Assembly: GCA_030295235.1 (NCBI GenBank)
Contig: AP026132.1
Span: forward strand, 434,001-498,000
Length of the DNA: 64,000 nucleotides
DNA from: Fistulifera solaris
Taxonomy: Eukaryota
Reading direction: 5' to 3'
Part shown: positions 34,359 to 45,761 of the stretch, in pieces
Numbering within the stretch: position 1 is the first letter of the stretch
Layout: each line of letters starts with the position of its first letter
Notes under the pieces: generated by a model
What the model was told of the DNA's origin: nothing
Databases searched by the model: none
What the model saw: only the letters and a program-made list of their open reading frames with translations
Made by a program: the position numbers and the translations under genes

Positions 34359-35999
34359 ATGCGGAAGACGGGCGTTCAGAGACCCGTAATTCATACGAAG
34401 ATGGTGGATTCCGCGTCATTTGTCAGAGCCGCGCGCCATATAAACAATAGCAACAAAGAAAGCACGCCGCACATCATTCCAGAAACCGACAGCAAGTTAG
34501 GGTCTAGTCGACTGGCATCGCCAAAGTTAGACCCTCCCGGTAGTACAGAGAGCTCAAGAATGGCTTCGGAACGTCAGCCGTACACAATGGACAGAACAAG
34601 CTTTCCAGGTGAAAATCTGATAGGCTTACTCGACAGTCCCGAAGAAGATTTGGCGTTTCGCATAGTAATAGAAGAAGCGCGGAGGCAACAAGACAGAAAG
34701 AACTTGCAAGAGACTCATCATCGGCGGCACGACGCAAGACAGACACCCCCAGCCAAGAGTCCACCCTTTTATTCCTCGCATCGAACACCCGAGCCGCCTA
34801 CGCCAGTAAGGACACCGATTCTCACAGCCAACAAGCTGGATGATCAGTACTTGTATCCATCGTCCTTAAAGCATGAACAATACTCGCGTCGAGTCGACGA
34901 ATCGCGATGGAAAGAGACTTCGCCACTGACTTACCACCAAATTCACCGATCGCCATATCATAAAGTCGAAACAAACCTCATTTTGACGAAAGAGTACAAT
35001 TTTGACCAGTCACCCAAAATCTCATTCACCAAGAAGAAAGCTACAGATACATTCACAGAGACATCGGGATCTTTTGTTTCAACAAGGAAACACAAAGCTC
35101 CACTCTCCTTGGAAACGCCAGATCTTGCCCCGTCCAGTGCGACATTCGCATCTGTATCTCCCTTACGAAACGACAACAAACCGAATATTCCTTTCACAAC
35201 AAGCGTTTATCCTGCTACACTTTTTGAAACGTTTGAGAGCATTGAACGCGACGGATCGTTGAGATCGCTCATGGAGCAAGTGCAGAAACAGCGCGAAGAG
35301 CTGATACAGTCATTAGAATTTTCAAAAGAAATCAACAACACACACACCTCCAAACGAGACGCTGAGATCCGGATGAAAGTCAAGCATCCTCCGTATACGG
35401 ACAAACCCAAATCGCCTCTATCCGATCTTGACGATAAGGAGCAACATCGGCTATTCACTTTTGACCATACTGACGAAAGAATCAACAACTTGTCCGAAGA
35501 ACACAAGCAAGTGAATTGTACTAACGTGGGTGAGAGACTAGTCGCTCAGGAAACTATAGTCGGTGCTTCACTTGTGGCACCAAACGAACATGTACCGATT
35601 CATTCACCCGCACAAGACATTGCTTCTGCTCTTGGTCCCAGTTTTGGGTCCGCCAAAACTAGATCTGAATCCCTCATCCAGGCGGATAGCGATAGCATTA
35701 TCAAGTCGTTACTCGAGCTCGTGAACATGATGCAGGACACAATTGATAAACAAGAGACCCTGATTTCATTTTGGAAAGCCGATAACGGCAGTCTTCTATC
35801 TACTACAATGAGAGGCCTAGATACTCATTCACCGCAAAATGAGATGTCTACCAACGGCCAAGCTGCCGAAAACAGCGTTCCTCAACTTTCTAGTAGTGTT
35901 AATGGTAAGTCATCGTCCGCGAAGGATGATGTTTCAAGCGTAATAGATCGCCACTTGCTGCGCCTTAGGACACTCAGACGAAAACATGGCTGGGAATGA
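34359..35999 (+). CDS. Hypothetical Ser/Thr/Pro-rich, probably disordered protein with short coiled coils
   Basis: 546-aa ORF; no motif recognised. Confidence 0.6.
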   Translation: MRKTGVQRPVIHTKMVDSASFVRAARHINNSNKESTPHIIPETDSKLGSSRLASPKLDPPGSTESSRMASERQPYTMDRTSFPGENLIGLLDSPEEDLAFRIVIEEARRQQDRKNLQETHHRRHDARQTPPAKSPPFYSSHRTPEPPTPVRTPILTANKLDDQYLYPSSLKHEQYSRRVDESRWKETSPLTYHQIHRSPYHKVETNLILTKEYNFDQSPKISFTKKKATDTFTETSGSFVSTRKHKAPLSLETPDLAPSSATFASVSPLRNDNKPNIPFTTSVYPATLFETFESIERDGSLRSLMEQVQKQREELIQSLEFSKEINNTHTSKRDAEIRMKVKHPPYTDKPKSPLSDLDDKEQHRLFTFDHTDERINNLSEEHKQVNCTNVGERLVAQETIVGASLVAPNEHVPIHSPAQDIASALGPSFGSAKTRSESLIQADSDSIIKSLLELVNMMQDTIDKQETLISFWKADNGSLLSTTMRGLDTHSPQNEMSTNGQAAENSVPQLSSSVNGKSSSAKDDVSSVIDRHLLRLRTLRRKHGWE

Positions 36000-36036
36000 G
36001 AAATCTTATCGGTTTGCTGATGAATTTTTATGTTAA

Positions 36037-37917
36037 TTAAAAAGCGCGACCGAATAGCGCCATGTGAGTTGCTTCTTCGCCACTATAGAAGCATTTTTGG
36101 CCCTTGTGCATGCCCTCCTGATTCTCTTTAAGTGGATAGCATCGAATAGTTGCCTTGCATTCTTCTTTGATTTTCCTTTCGTTGTCAGCATCGCACTTCC
36201 ACGGGACGAGGAATAATCCAGGACCGTTGTACTCCGAAGCTTCGTCGTTTTCCAATAAGCTTTTCATTTCCGCATACGTCGCCCCTTGACGAATACCATC
36301 TTGCAGGCGTGCGTTCGCTCTTTCAAGGAGAGCACTCTGGAATTCTTTCAAACCACTTTCAACCATCTCCGGAGCATCTACCAAAGGTACACTTTTCTTC
36401 TCGACATCGCCCACTCTGTATTTGAACACGCATACTTCATTCTGAACATCGCGTGGGCCAATCTCGATTCTGAGTGGAACACCTTTTCGTTCCCACTCAA
36501 AGTACTTAGCACCGCTTCGCACATAGTCGCGATCGTCGACTTTCACCCGAATACCTTTCGCTCTTAATTTCTCTACCAAATCATCAACAGTTGCATCGAG
36601 TTTTTGCTGTACCTCGGGACCGTCTGATTTCTTCGGTGGAATAGTCACAATTACGACTTGCACCGGTGCTACCTTGGGTGGTAAGACAAGCCCTGCATCA
36701 TCGGAGTGTGTCATAATGAGCGCACCCAACAAGCGCGTCGATACACCCCATGACGTTCCCCAAACTGGTTGTTGCTCTCCATTTTGATCCTGAAACGTCA
36801 CATCAAACGCATTGCCAAATGACTGGCCCAAGAAGTGCGAAGTACCGGATTGTAGCGCCCAGCCATTCTGCATGAGGGCTTCAATGGTGTATGTATCTGA
36901 CGCTCCCGCAAATCGTTCGGAAGGACTCTTTACGCCTTTCACGACAGGGATCGACAAAAGATCCTGACAGAGATCCGCATAAACATCCAACATGGCCCTT
37001 GCCTCTTCAACCGCATCTTCTGCTGTAGCGTGGGCCGTGTGTCCCTCTTGCCACAAAAATTCGGATGTTCGGAGAAAGGGACGCGTTCGCATCTCCCAGC
37101 GCATCACATTCGCCCATTGATTGATCTTGAGCGGCAAATCACGGTGACTATTGATCCACTTGCGGAACATGTACCAAATCATGGTTTCGGAGGTCGGACG
37201 AATAATCAAAGGATCTTCCAATTTGGCCTCGGGATCGGCAATCAGACCACTGCCGTCCGGATCCGCCGTCAAGCGGTGGTGTGTCACCACCGCACACTCG
37301 GTGGCAAAGCCATCGACGTGCTCGGCTTCTTTGGACAAGAACGACTTGGGGATCAAGAGCGGAAAATACGCGTTCTCGACACCCCGATTCTGAATCTTGG
37401 CATCGAGTTCCGTACGAACCCGATCCCATAATGACATGCCCCACGGTTTGATGACCATGCATCCACGTACGGGCGATGTTTCCGCCAAGCCCGCGACGCG
37501 AATGAGATCATTGTACCACTTTGAATAATCCACCGAGCGCGCCGTAATGAAATCCGATTCCTCTTCGGACGATTGTTGTTTCTTCGGTTGCTGTGTCTTT
37601 TTGGTAGGTTTGGCTAGAGTAGGATCCAATTGGGCCTTGAGTTCCTGGAGTTCTTGCACCAGCGGTGCGAATGTATCCTTACTCGCCCCTGACTCTTTCA
37701 GTGCCCGTATTTGATCTCCAGTGGCTTTGATTCTCTCTTCCAGCGCGGCCTTTTCTTCACTTTCGTTGACGGTCGAACTCGCGAAACGGATCCATTGCTG
37801 ATGTCGTGTTCGAAGGACTGGGGAAAAGCCGTGTACCCGCTTGACGAGCGATAACAGTAAAAGCGGCATTAGGACCGAAAGGGTAAAATTCTTGTTTCTG
37901 AAACGGGTTGCACACAT
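36037..37917 (-). CDS. proS: Organellar prolyl-tRNA synthetase (archaeal/eukaryote type) with N-terminal WHEP domain
   Basis: RPTSET, QWANVMRWE, RTSEFLWQEGHT, LQSGTSHFLGQ, WGVSTR, WERKGVPLRIEIGPRD, ATIRCYP; presequence VHG-F; GDQIRALK..L.ELKAQL WHEP repeat. Confidence 0.95.
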   Translation of the reverse strand: MCATRFRNKNFTLSVLMPLLLLSLVKRVHGFSPVLRTRHQQWIRFASSTVNESEEKAALEERIKATGDQIRALKESGASKDTFAPLVQELQELKAQLDPTLAKPTKKTQQPKKQQSSEEESDFITARSVDYSKWYNDLIRVAGLAETSPVRGCMVIKPWGMSLWDRVRTELDAKIQNRGVENAYFPLLIPKSFLSKEAEHVDGFATECAVVTHHRLTADPDGSGLIADPEAKLEDPLIIRPTSETMIWYMFRKWINSHRDLPLKINQWANVMRWEMRTRPFLRTSEFLWQEGHTAHATAEDAVEEARAMLDVYADLCQDLLSIPVVKGVKSPSERFAGASDTYTIEALMQNGWALQSGTSHFLGQSFGNAFDVTFQDQNGEQQPVWGTSWGVSTRLLGALIMTHSDDAGLVLPPKVAPVQVVIVTIPPKKSDGPEVQQKLDATVDDLVEKLRAKGIRVKVDDRDYVRSGAKYFEWERKGVPLRIEIGPRDVQNEVCVFKYRVGDVEKKSVPLVDAPEMVESGLKEFQSALLERANARLQDGIRQGATYAEMKSLLENDEASEYNGPGLFLVPWKCDADNERKIKEECKATIRCYPLKENQEGMHKGQKCFYSGEEATHMALFGRAF

Positions 37918-38723
37918 TGCCGAGGAAAAGGAAGCTGGATGAACTGGATCACGTCGTTTATTCGGAAATTACACCCCTAACGTTGCCCTTGAAAGTGGCT
38001 CAATTTCCGTAGGAATAACTATTCAGCTGCTTCTAAGGATGTGCAACGAGCGGTTTTAGAAACGATGTCGAAGAGAGGAATGAAATAATAATAACTGTCA
38101 AGGAACGATGATCTCATTGCGATGATGTGTGTGCAAAATGTGTGACGATTGACGGCAGCAGAAAGGGAGACCCGGACATCGCATCGAGACATGTTCCATG
38201 ATCGTTTGTCCTTTGTCCGTCTGTGGAGCACCACCATCCAAGTCAAGTACTTTTACACTTATAGTAAATCGAACTTTCGGAGTGGACCATCCACTTCATT
38301 GTACTTGAACTTTGAACCCGGCACTCGGAGAGTTCCACAAAAATTGCGGAACCCAAAACAAGAAACTGTCTTCAAATTTTCGATCCGATACAAAAAGAGT
38401 ACGACAGGAAGTCATTCTATCGTTCCACTTAGCCTAATTATTTGAAGAGAACGACAATGACAGCACCACGTTCCTAACAAACGAGTACCAAACCAGCTTG
38501 TAGTATTGGTATTCGTGTAGAACACGCGGTCGCCATAAGGTCGCCGGTTCGGCTTTCTCCGCTGCGCCGCTCTCGTCCTTGTGCTCAAAAAACGGCGAAC
38601 GTCTCCTTTTGCGATGCAGACCGCCATCTCGGTACGAAATCACGTAGCGTTTTACGTGCGATGACCATGAAAATCATGAACCTAACAAGCCTTGCTTTTT
38701 GCTCGTTTCGTCTGTTTTTTTAG

Positions 38724-39787
38724 AATATCGTATCACCAAACGAGTGGGTGGAGGCTCCTTTGGTGATATTTACCTCGGGGTCGGTGCGAATGGCGAAAAG
38801 GTAAGATGAAATATTGCTGTGTTGCGGTGCGGTGTCGGTGGTAGTACAAAGTATACTTGACAGTGCTTGGAGGCTTAGGAAAACGACGGTTGATGAGGCT
38901 CTAATGAAGCGGATGCCATTGATGAATGTTTCGTCCGAATTACAATCGTCTAACACATGCTATCATTAGGTTGCTGTGAAATTTGAAAAGCACGGCTCAC
39001 GATGCCCGCAGCTCCGTCACGAGTATAAAGTCTACCGCGAGCTGCAAAATGCTCCCGGTTTCGCCAAAGTACACTATTTCGGAACGCAAGATTCGTACAA
39101 CCTCATGGTCATGGATCTTCTCGGTCCGTCCCTCGAGGATCAGTTTAACAAGTGCGGACGTCGCTTTTCGCTCAAAACGGTACTACTCATTGCGGATCAA
39201 ATGTTGGAGCGCGTCGAATTGATGCATTCGCGCCATCTCATTCACCGAGACATTAAGCCGGCCAACTTTGTGACGGACGTGACGGGAAAAGGCAACGACA
39301 ATATGGTGTTCTGCATCGACTTTGGGCTCGCGAAGCGGTACCGTCACCCCGTACGCTGCAGCACATTCCCCAGCGCGAAGGTCGTTCCTTGACCGGAACG
39401 CCCCGTTATGCGTCGATCAACAATCACTTGGGTGTCGAACAGTCTCGACGGGATGATTTGGAAACGATTGGTTACGTACTTGTCTACTTCTTGAAGGGAG
39501 GACTTCCGTGGCAGGGAATTCAGGCAAAATCGGCCAACCGAAAATACAAATTGATTTTGGAAAAGAAACAATCCATGACCATCCCGGCACTATGCCAAGG
39601 TTGCCCCAATCAGTTTGCCGAGTACCTCGCGTACTGCCGATCTCTCAAGTTTGAAGCCAAGCCGAACGTGGCGTATCTCCGAGGCATGTTCCGTGACTTG
39701 TTCCGCATGCAAGGATATACCGTCAGTCAGGGTGTGATGGACTTTGACTGGACGAGAGTTGACAATGGTATTGCTCCTTCGGGTTGA
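38724..39787 (+). CDS. CK1: Casein kinase 1 (first exon not resolved); intron 38801-38969; frameshift ~39348
   Basis: GGGSFGDIY, VAVKFE, HRDIKPANF, IDFGLAK, LTGTPRYASIN, EQSRRDDLE, LPWQG. Confidence 0.95.
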
Positions 39788-40095
39788 AGTGAACGGGGTT
39801 AGCAGACGAAATAGGGCGAGTTGCCCAGTTTGTGATTTACTGGGTGTCGGGTCATTTTCGTTGCAGGAAAATAATTTGAGAATCGTGTATGAACTTCCCT
39901 TGGGATAATAGGGGTGGCTTAAGGTTGATATAGAACGACTTACTGTATATCTTTAGGGTTTTTTTATACATCAGAAAATTGGTATTTACACTAAATTCGG
40001 CCGTGTCGTCTACAACAATCTAGTCCTGCTTGGTGCTACTCGGGTACAGGTGTTCGATGTCGACATGCATGAGGAGTCGTCGACAGTCTGCAGAT

Positions 40096-41292
40096 TTAGC
40101 CGCGATAGATGTAAGCCACCAGTCCCATCCAGCTAAAGACGATTAAGAGCACACAAATGGCAATCATCAGTTTCGGCTTGGCGACATCTTCGTGGTGACC
40201 ACAAAAGAAGAGACCACAGGGTAGATTGGCGCTGCTGGATATTTCATCCACCATGCGCCGATAGAGATCGGGAGGAGCATGAATGACGTAACGGGTCGGA
40301 GGCAACGCCGGTCCGGCATTGATTCGCGCGTCAACCAAGTCTTCTCCCTGGCGATGATAGTTTTCAAAGGTTTGATCGTTTTCTCGTATTTGATAGAATT
40401 CGTCACCATTTGGATGTTCCTCCACGGAAATTTGCACCGAGCTGATGGGTAAATTGAACAGCGCTTGACCGGTAAACTCGTCATACCCCGCAAACAGCGA
40501 CGACTTCTCAATATCCGTAACCAACGTCATCATGCTGGCATCCGTCATGACCGAGCCGACCGAAGAAAACACCGAATTGGAGGATCTGCGACGATGGTGT
40601 CGGGATGCGGGGACATTATTATTCAACGAGGACGAGGAAAGTGTCCGTGGTAGTGGTCGCGAAGGAGAACCTTCATAATTAGTGAGCGATCGAGCTCGTA
40701 CCGGAAGAGTGGCCGTCCGTGAATTGTCCGAATTGTGACGACGATGACTGCGTCGAGGTGAGACGTCGGGAGTGGTGGGAACGGCCGTCATCGGTCGTTT
40801 CGGTGGTCGCTTTGATTCCCCTACGAGACTCTTCTTGGCACTCTTGGAAGACATGTCCGATATTCGTCTATTACCCGAATCGACGGCACCGTAGGTTTCC
40901 TCCTGCATACCTTGAATCAGCGCAGTGAATTCATCTCCTTCGACGTAAGATGTGTCAAGGGATAAACTTTGTCTGGCTTGGTCGACCTTTTTGAGCGGAT
41001 GTATTCGCTCCAGACTCGGCACTACTGATGAAGGAGGCTGACGTGAATAGTCGAACGGCTTAGATTGTGTCGGCCACAGACTGGCCGCGTGTCGCATTGT
41101 TGATGGATAATGAGAGGCCGGCCGTTTGGATTCGGGAGATTGTTGTGAATATGGATATACGATAGACTCAGATTGTTGCGAGATCCTTCCCGGCAGTGAC
41201 ACTACCGAGGGAGGAAGTGACGGACGCACTCGTCGATGGCCTCGAGGCTGAGGAGGTTCTTTTCTTTCATGGATGTGTTGATTGTTCTTCAT
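40096..41292 (-). CDS. Hypothetical tail-anchored protein
   Basis: Ser/Pro/Arg-rich body, PCGLFFCGHHED motif and one C-terminal TM segment. Confidence 0.65.
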   Translation of the reverse strand: MKNNQHIHERKEPPQPRGHRRVRPSLPPSVVSLPGRISQQSESIVYPYSQQSPESKRPASHYPSTMRHAASLWPTQSKPFDYSRQPPSSVVPSLERIHPLKKVDQARQSLSLDTSYVEGDEFTALIQGMQEETYGAVDSGNRRISDMSSKSAKKSLVGESKRPPKRPMTAVPTTPDVSPRRSHRRHNSDNSRTATLPVRARSLTNYEGSPSRPLPRTLSSSSLNNNVPASRHHRRRSSNSVFSSVGSVMTDASMMTLVTDIEKSSLFAGYDEFTGQALFNLPISSVQISVEEHPNGDEFYQIRENDQTFENYHRQGEDLVDARINAGPALPPTRYVIHAPPDLYRRMVDEISSSANLPCGLFFCGHHEDVAKPKLMIAICVLLIVFSWMGLVAYIYRG

Positions 41293-41982
41293 TCTTTGCG
41301 ATGTTCTGGAGCTCGCAGCAGGAATCGAATATCGAAGGCTCTACTTTCCCCAACGAACACCACTGGTTGAATGCCTAAAAGCTCGTCCGTATGCCCTATT
41401 CCAAGCCTGGATCCTTCTTTTTAAATGATTGGAAGCCTTTGGACTGTGTTGCAATGGCATGAAACATTCTTTCGTTGTGAAGAAAATCAAACGCACCGGG
41501 GTTGATGTCTGTCGCATGAGTGGCACTCAACGGTTGAAGTCGCATCGTCATCGAATGAACATAAAAACTCGCGTCCCCATTCCCCATGTCTCAACAAAAC
41601 CAAAACTAAAGTGAATACCGGATGCATGCCAGCCGTGCATGTCACTTAAGGCCGAAATAACGTCTATACACGGTTTCTGGATGATATATGACGTGTCAGT
41701 ATTACCTGGTACTGTATGCTGTATGTCTGAAGTACCACACTTTTGTCACGCGTTCTGTGTACATTTTACTATCAGGAGGCGCAGATTCTTCTGCTCGATT
41801 TCACGTTTCATGTTTAAAGCACAAATGCCCTTCGTCACATCCTCTGTTATCTGCTTCGCGTTTTGACTTTTGACAAGACCGAAGACCGATAGTCTACACA
41901 GCGACAAAAAAACAACAAAAGTTTGGGCGATTGGCACTCCTTGCATTGACTTTCAATGCGAAACTGATCGAAGACGTTCATC

Positions 41983-43168
41983 ATGCATCCATTCTTGAGG
42001 TATGCGTTACCCATTGTGGTAACATTCTACATCATCAGCCTTTATTTGGAAACACAAACCGCACTTTTGAAATGCTCTCATTCATCGACGACATCATCCT
42101 TGCGACAAAAGAACGCCGAGGAAGTGACGTATCATACTCCTTCCTACGGCAACAGTAGCAACAGACGCGAACCGTACAATGATTACATTCCTGCCGTCGT
42201 CGAGAAATACGTCCTCGATCACGCCGCCGAGTTGAATTACAATACACCCACCACGGAAACGGGAAATTCGTGGTGGTGGAATATGCCTCAAATCCTTCCG
42301 GTTGCGCCATTTGGAACGATCCCACTTCCACACCTTATTACAAGGAATTACAACAATTCCTGCACGAACTGCGCGAGTATTCGCAACGCATCGCGGCCTT
42401 TCCGCCCGTTCCCGACCTTCGCCTGCAGATGCAAACGACACCCCAAGAACAAGTCTGTGCGAGTCTCGAACTGCATCCCGACGGGTTGCCGGCCCTCTTC
42501 CCAGTCAACAATTGTCGTACACGAAAGCGGGTTACGTCGAACCCTTGTTGACACCGATGCGGCATCCGTCCTTTTGTTTCGACCACGATACGTACAAATT
42601 AAACATGAATTATATGGTCCACGACTTTCCGACTATGTGTCGGCAATTGAAGAATCACACCCGAACCATCTTTGTCGATATGGGTGCGTCATTGGATTTT
42701 CATGCCGGCACCGAAAGTCCCGCCATGTACATATTGGATCTCTATCACCAATTCGGTTTTGTCTTTGATCACATATATGCGTTTGAAATTGAGGAGAAAC
42801 GTCCGGCGGACGTCTTTGCCAAAGTGCCGCCGCATTTGATGGCATCGTATCATTGGAACAATGTCGCCGTGAGTCCCGAACCCGGTCACAAATTCAATCC
42901 CCTCGACAGTATTTTGCGTCATTTTACGAAAGACGATTTGATTGTCGTCAAATTGGATGTCGATACCCCGGCCGTCGAATTGCCCCTCGCCGATCAAATT
43001 GTGACACAGTATGCCCATCTGATAGATCATTTTTATTTCGAACATCATGTGCACATGGACGAAATTTCCAGTGATTGGCGATCTTCGATGCAAGGCACGA
43101 TCCAAGACAGTTTAAGACGCTTCCAACGGTTGCGACAGCGGGGTATCGCGGCGCATTTTTGGCCTTAA
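41983..43168 (+). CDS. Type II membrane FkbM-like SAM-dependent methyltransferase; frameshifts ~42270 and ~42500
   Basis: N-terminal TM; TIFVDMGAS, HIYAFE, VVKLDVDTPAVE, FYFEHH, LRQRGIAAHFWP. Confidence 0.7.
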
Positions 43169-43254
43169 TTATTGTTAATAGTGTTTAACAAGGCTCTATA
43201 TAAATAATTAGGATAGAAATCAACTTACTGAAATGGATTTTCGCTAGAAAGAGC

Positions 43255-43276
43255 GGGGGGGGGGGGGGGGGGGGGG
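43255..43276. repeat. Poly-G tract (~22 nt)
   Basis: Seen directly in the intergenic sequence. Confidence 0.9.
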
Positions 43277-43476
43277 AGCTAAAGACTATAACATACAGTC
43301 TTTAGGTGGATGATTCACCTTAGCTCGCCGACAGGGTACTTTTGCATTTATACTTTGTAGAGAACTCACCACTGTGTCTCGAACTGTAAAGCACCTCTTG
43401 TGCTGTCATTTTTCGTTGAAATGCATCGATCACAAAGGAACGCCCTAATATTTATCTTCTTCCTTTCGTTTCTACA

Positions 43477-44815
43477 ATGAACTTGCGCAAAGCAGTTGTA
43501 GCTTTGAGTAGTCGCACGACGACTCGATACAGCAGTCGTCTCTTTTCGTCATTCTTGGCCGATCGATTGCACGGTTTGGATCGTCCGACGGTGTGGCACG
43601 AATTTTCGCCTCTTGCCGCACAACACCAGGCCATTAACTTGGGACAAGGCTTTCCCGATGGCGATCCACCGTCCTTTGTCCAAGACGCCATGCATGCCGC
43701 TGTTTTTCACAAAAGCGCGAATCAATACGCCCGGAGTGCCGCGCATATGCCCCTCGCCCAAGTCTTGGCCGACGAATACAACACCAAATTGAAACGCACC
43801 GATATTGCCGCCGAGACTCATATTGCAACGGCCGTCGGATGTACACACGCCTTGTATTGTGCCTTGACGGGATTGATTCAAGCCGGTGATGAAGTGATCT
43901 TATTGGAACCCGCCTTTGACATTTACAGCAGTCAAGTCCAAATGGCCGGTGGGAAAGCCGTCTATGTGCCGTTACGGCCTTCGGGGAAAGAAGGCGCCAG
44001 TCAGTATTTTCAACTCGATTTGGACGAATTCGAACGTGCCATTACGCCACGAACCAAAGCCTTTATTTTGAATACGCCGCACAATCCGACGGGAAAAATC
44101 TTTTCGCAGACGGAATTAGAAGGCATTGCCGCAGTGGTTCAAAAACATCCGCGCATCACAATTCTAGCCGATGAAGTCTACGAACATTTGGTCTTCGATA
44201 AAGCGAAAGAACCGCACATTCCCATTGCATCCTTGTTATGGGATCAAACGTTAACACTCAGTTCGGCCGGGAAAACGTTCAGCTGTACCGGATGGAAAGT
44301 CGGTTGGGCCGTCGGACCACCCCATTTGGTCCAAGCCGTCACCGCCGTTCAGCAATGGGTGACCTTTTCGGCACCGACCCCGAATCAAGATGCGATTGCA
44401 CAAGCCCTCGTGCAAGCCCGCCAACCTTACGCAGGCTTTGCGTCGTATTATGACTACTTGGCGGACGATTATCATCAAAAACAACAATTACTCGTGGCGG
44501 CCTTACAATCGGCCGGCATGACACCGATTGTCCCTGCCGGTGGCTTTTTCATCATGGCCGATACGTCCGCGATTGACTTTCCCTTTCCCACAAAGAAACC
44601 ACGCCCGCCATGCCTGCCACACCCATGCCCCGCGATTGGGCCCTCAGTCGGTGGATGACACAAACGGTCGGTGTGACGGCGATTCCGCCGTCGGCCTTTA
44701 CAGTCCTAACAACGTGCCGCTCGCGCAAAATTTGTTGCGGTTTGCCTATTGCAAGAATGCGGAAACCTTACAGGAAGCGCAGCGGCGATTCGCGGCGTAT
44801 TTTCAAAAACAATAA
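43477..44815 (+). CDS. Class I/II aminotransferase, kynurenine/glutamine transaminase (KAT/CCBL-like), probably mitochondrial; frameshifts ~44585 and ~44697
   Basis: INLGQGFPD, NTPHNPTGK, DEVYE, SAGKTFSCTGWKVGW, GGFFIMAD, IPPSAF, RFAYCK. Confidence 0.9.
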
Positions 44816-44870
44816 GTATAGTAGTAGTCGTTAAAAAGACTTTTTTGTTAATTCGATTCTTCTATTACTA

Positions 44871-45581
44871 TTACTTGGTTTCTTCTTTCTGGTCTCGTTG
44901 CAATTGCTGCAACCATTCGGCCCGCATCCGGTGCATTTCTTGAACACGTTCGTGTGCGTCTTGTTCCGTGATATATTTTCCATTCCGATCCATGAATTCC
45001 TTCAAGCCCATGACCGACAACAATAACAAAAGAGTGGCAAATTGTCCAAACACCCGGGTATGCATGATTTTACTACTGAGTGCTAGATGTTCCTTTCCCG
45101 AACGACCGTAAAAGATATAACCGACGGTCGGTACCGCGAGACTGGACAAGACTTGAATGGGATGTTCGTTGGCATAATTGAGAAACCGATGATGCCATCG
45201 TAAGGTGGGAACGATGCAGACACCCGATTCGGCAATGGATCGTTCGTACAATTGCGTTACTGTGATGGCGGGTTGCTGTGACAATTGCTGTTCGGCCCAT
45301 TGGACCGTTTCTCGGGAATGTTGCGATTCGTACGCGACTTGTTTCATGCGATGCGTCAGTTTGTGTTCCGATGTGAACGCAAATACGAATAAAGCGGGCA
45401 TGAGGGCCATGGCCGTTCGGGATTGTAAATTGGTGCGGGCCCGAAAGGCCGGAATGTTCTGAGTGGCCCAGTAGACGGCGGCCGTCGAAGGCACGAGGGT
45501 GAAGAAACCATTGAGGAGTCCTTCGTTCGTGGCGTCGGTGGCGACTTCTTGACTGCGTTCGATGGGTGTTAATGAGACCAT
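44871..45581 (-). CDS. HIG1-domain mitochondrial membrane protein (Rcf2-like)
   Basis: Two pairs of TM segments; KIMHTRVFGQFATL HIG1-type motif. Confidence 0.75.
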   Translation of the reverse strand: MVSLTPIERSQEVATDATNEGLLNGFFTLVPSTAAVYWATQNIPAFRARTNLQSRTAMALMPALFVFAFTSEHKLTHRMKQVAYESQHSRETVQWAEQQLSQQPAITVTQLYERSIAESGVCIVPTLRWHHRFLNYANEHPIQVLSSLAVPTVGYIFYGRSGKEHLALSSKIMHTRVFGQFATLLLLLSVMGLKEFMDRNGKYITEQDAHERVQEMHRMRAEWLQQLQRDQKEETK

Positions 45582-45761
45582 GTTTGTGAAGGAAGAAATT
45601 GGGGGATAGCAATGCTATGGTTTATTCGACTCGACCAGAGGAGAAGATTGAAAATGAAAGAGAATGTTTTTTTGCGTCTGACGACTCGGCATTTGGCTAG
45701 CTGACGTCATTGTGTCGCGTTACGACATGTTTCTATCTCATCCACCAAGTTTTTATAAGAG

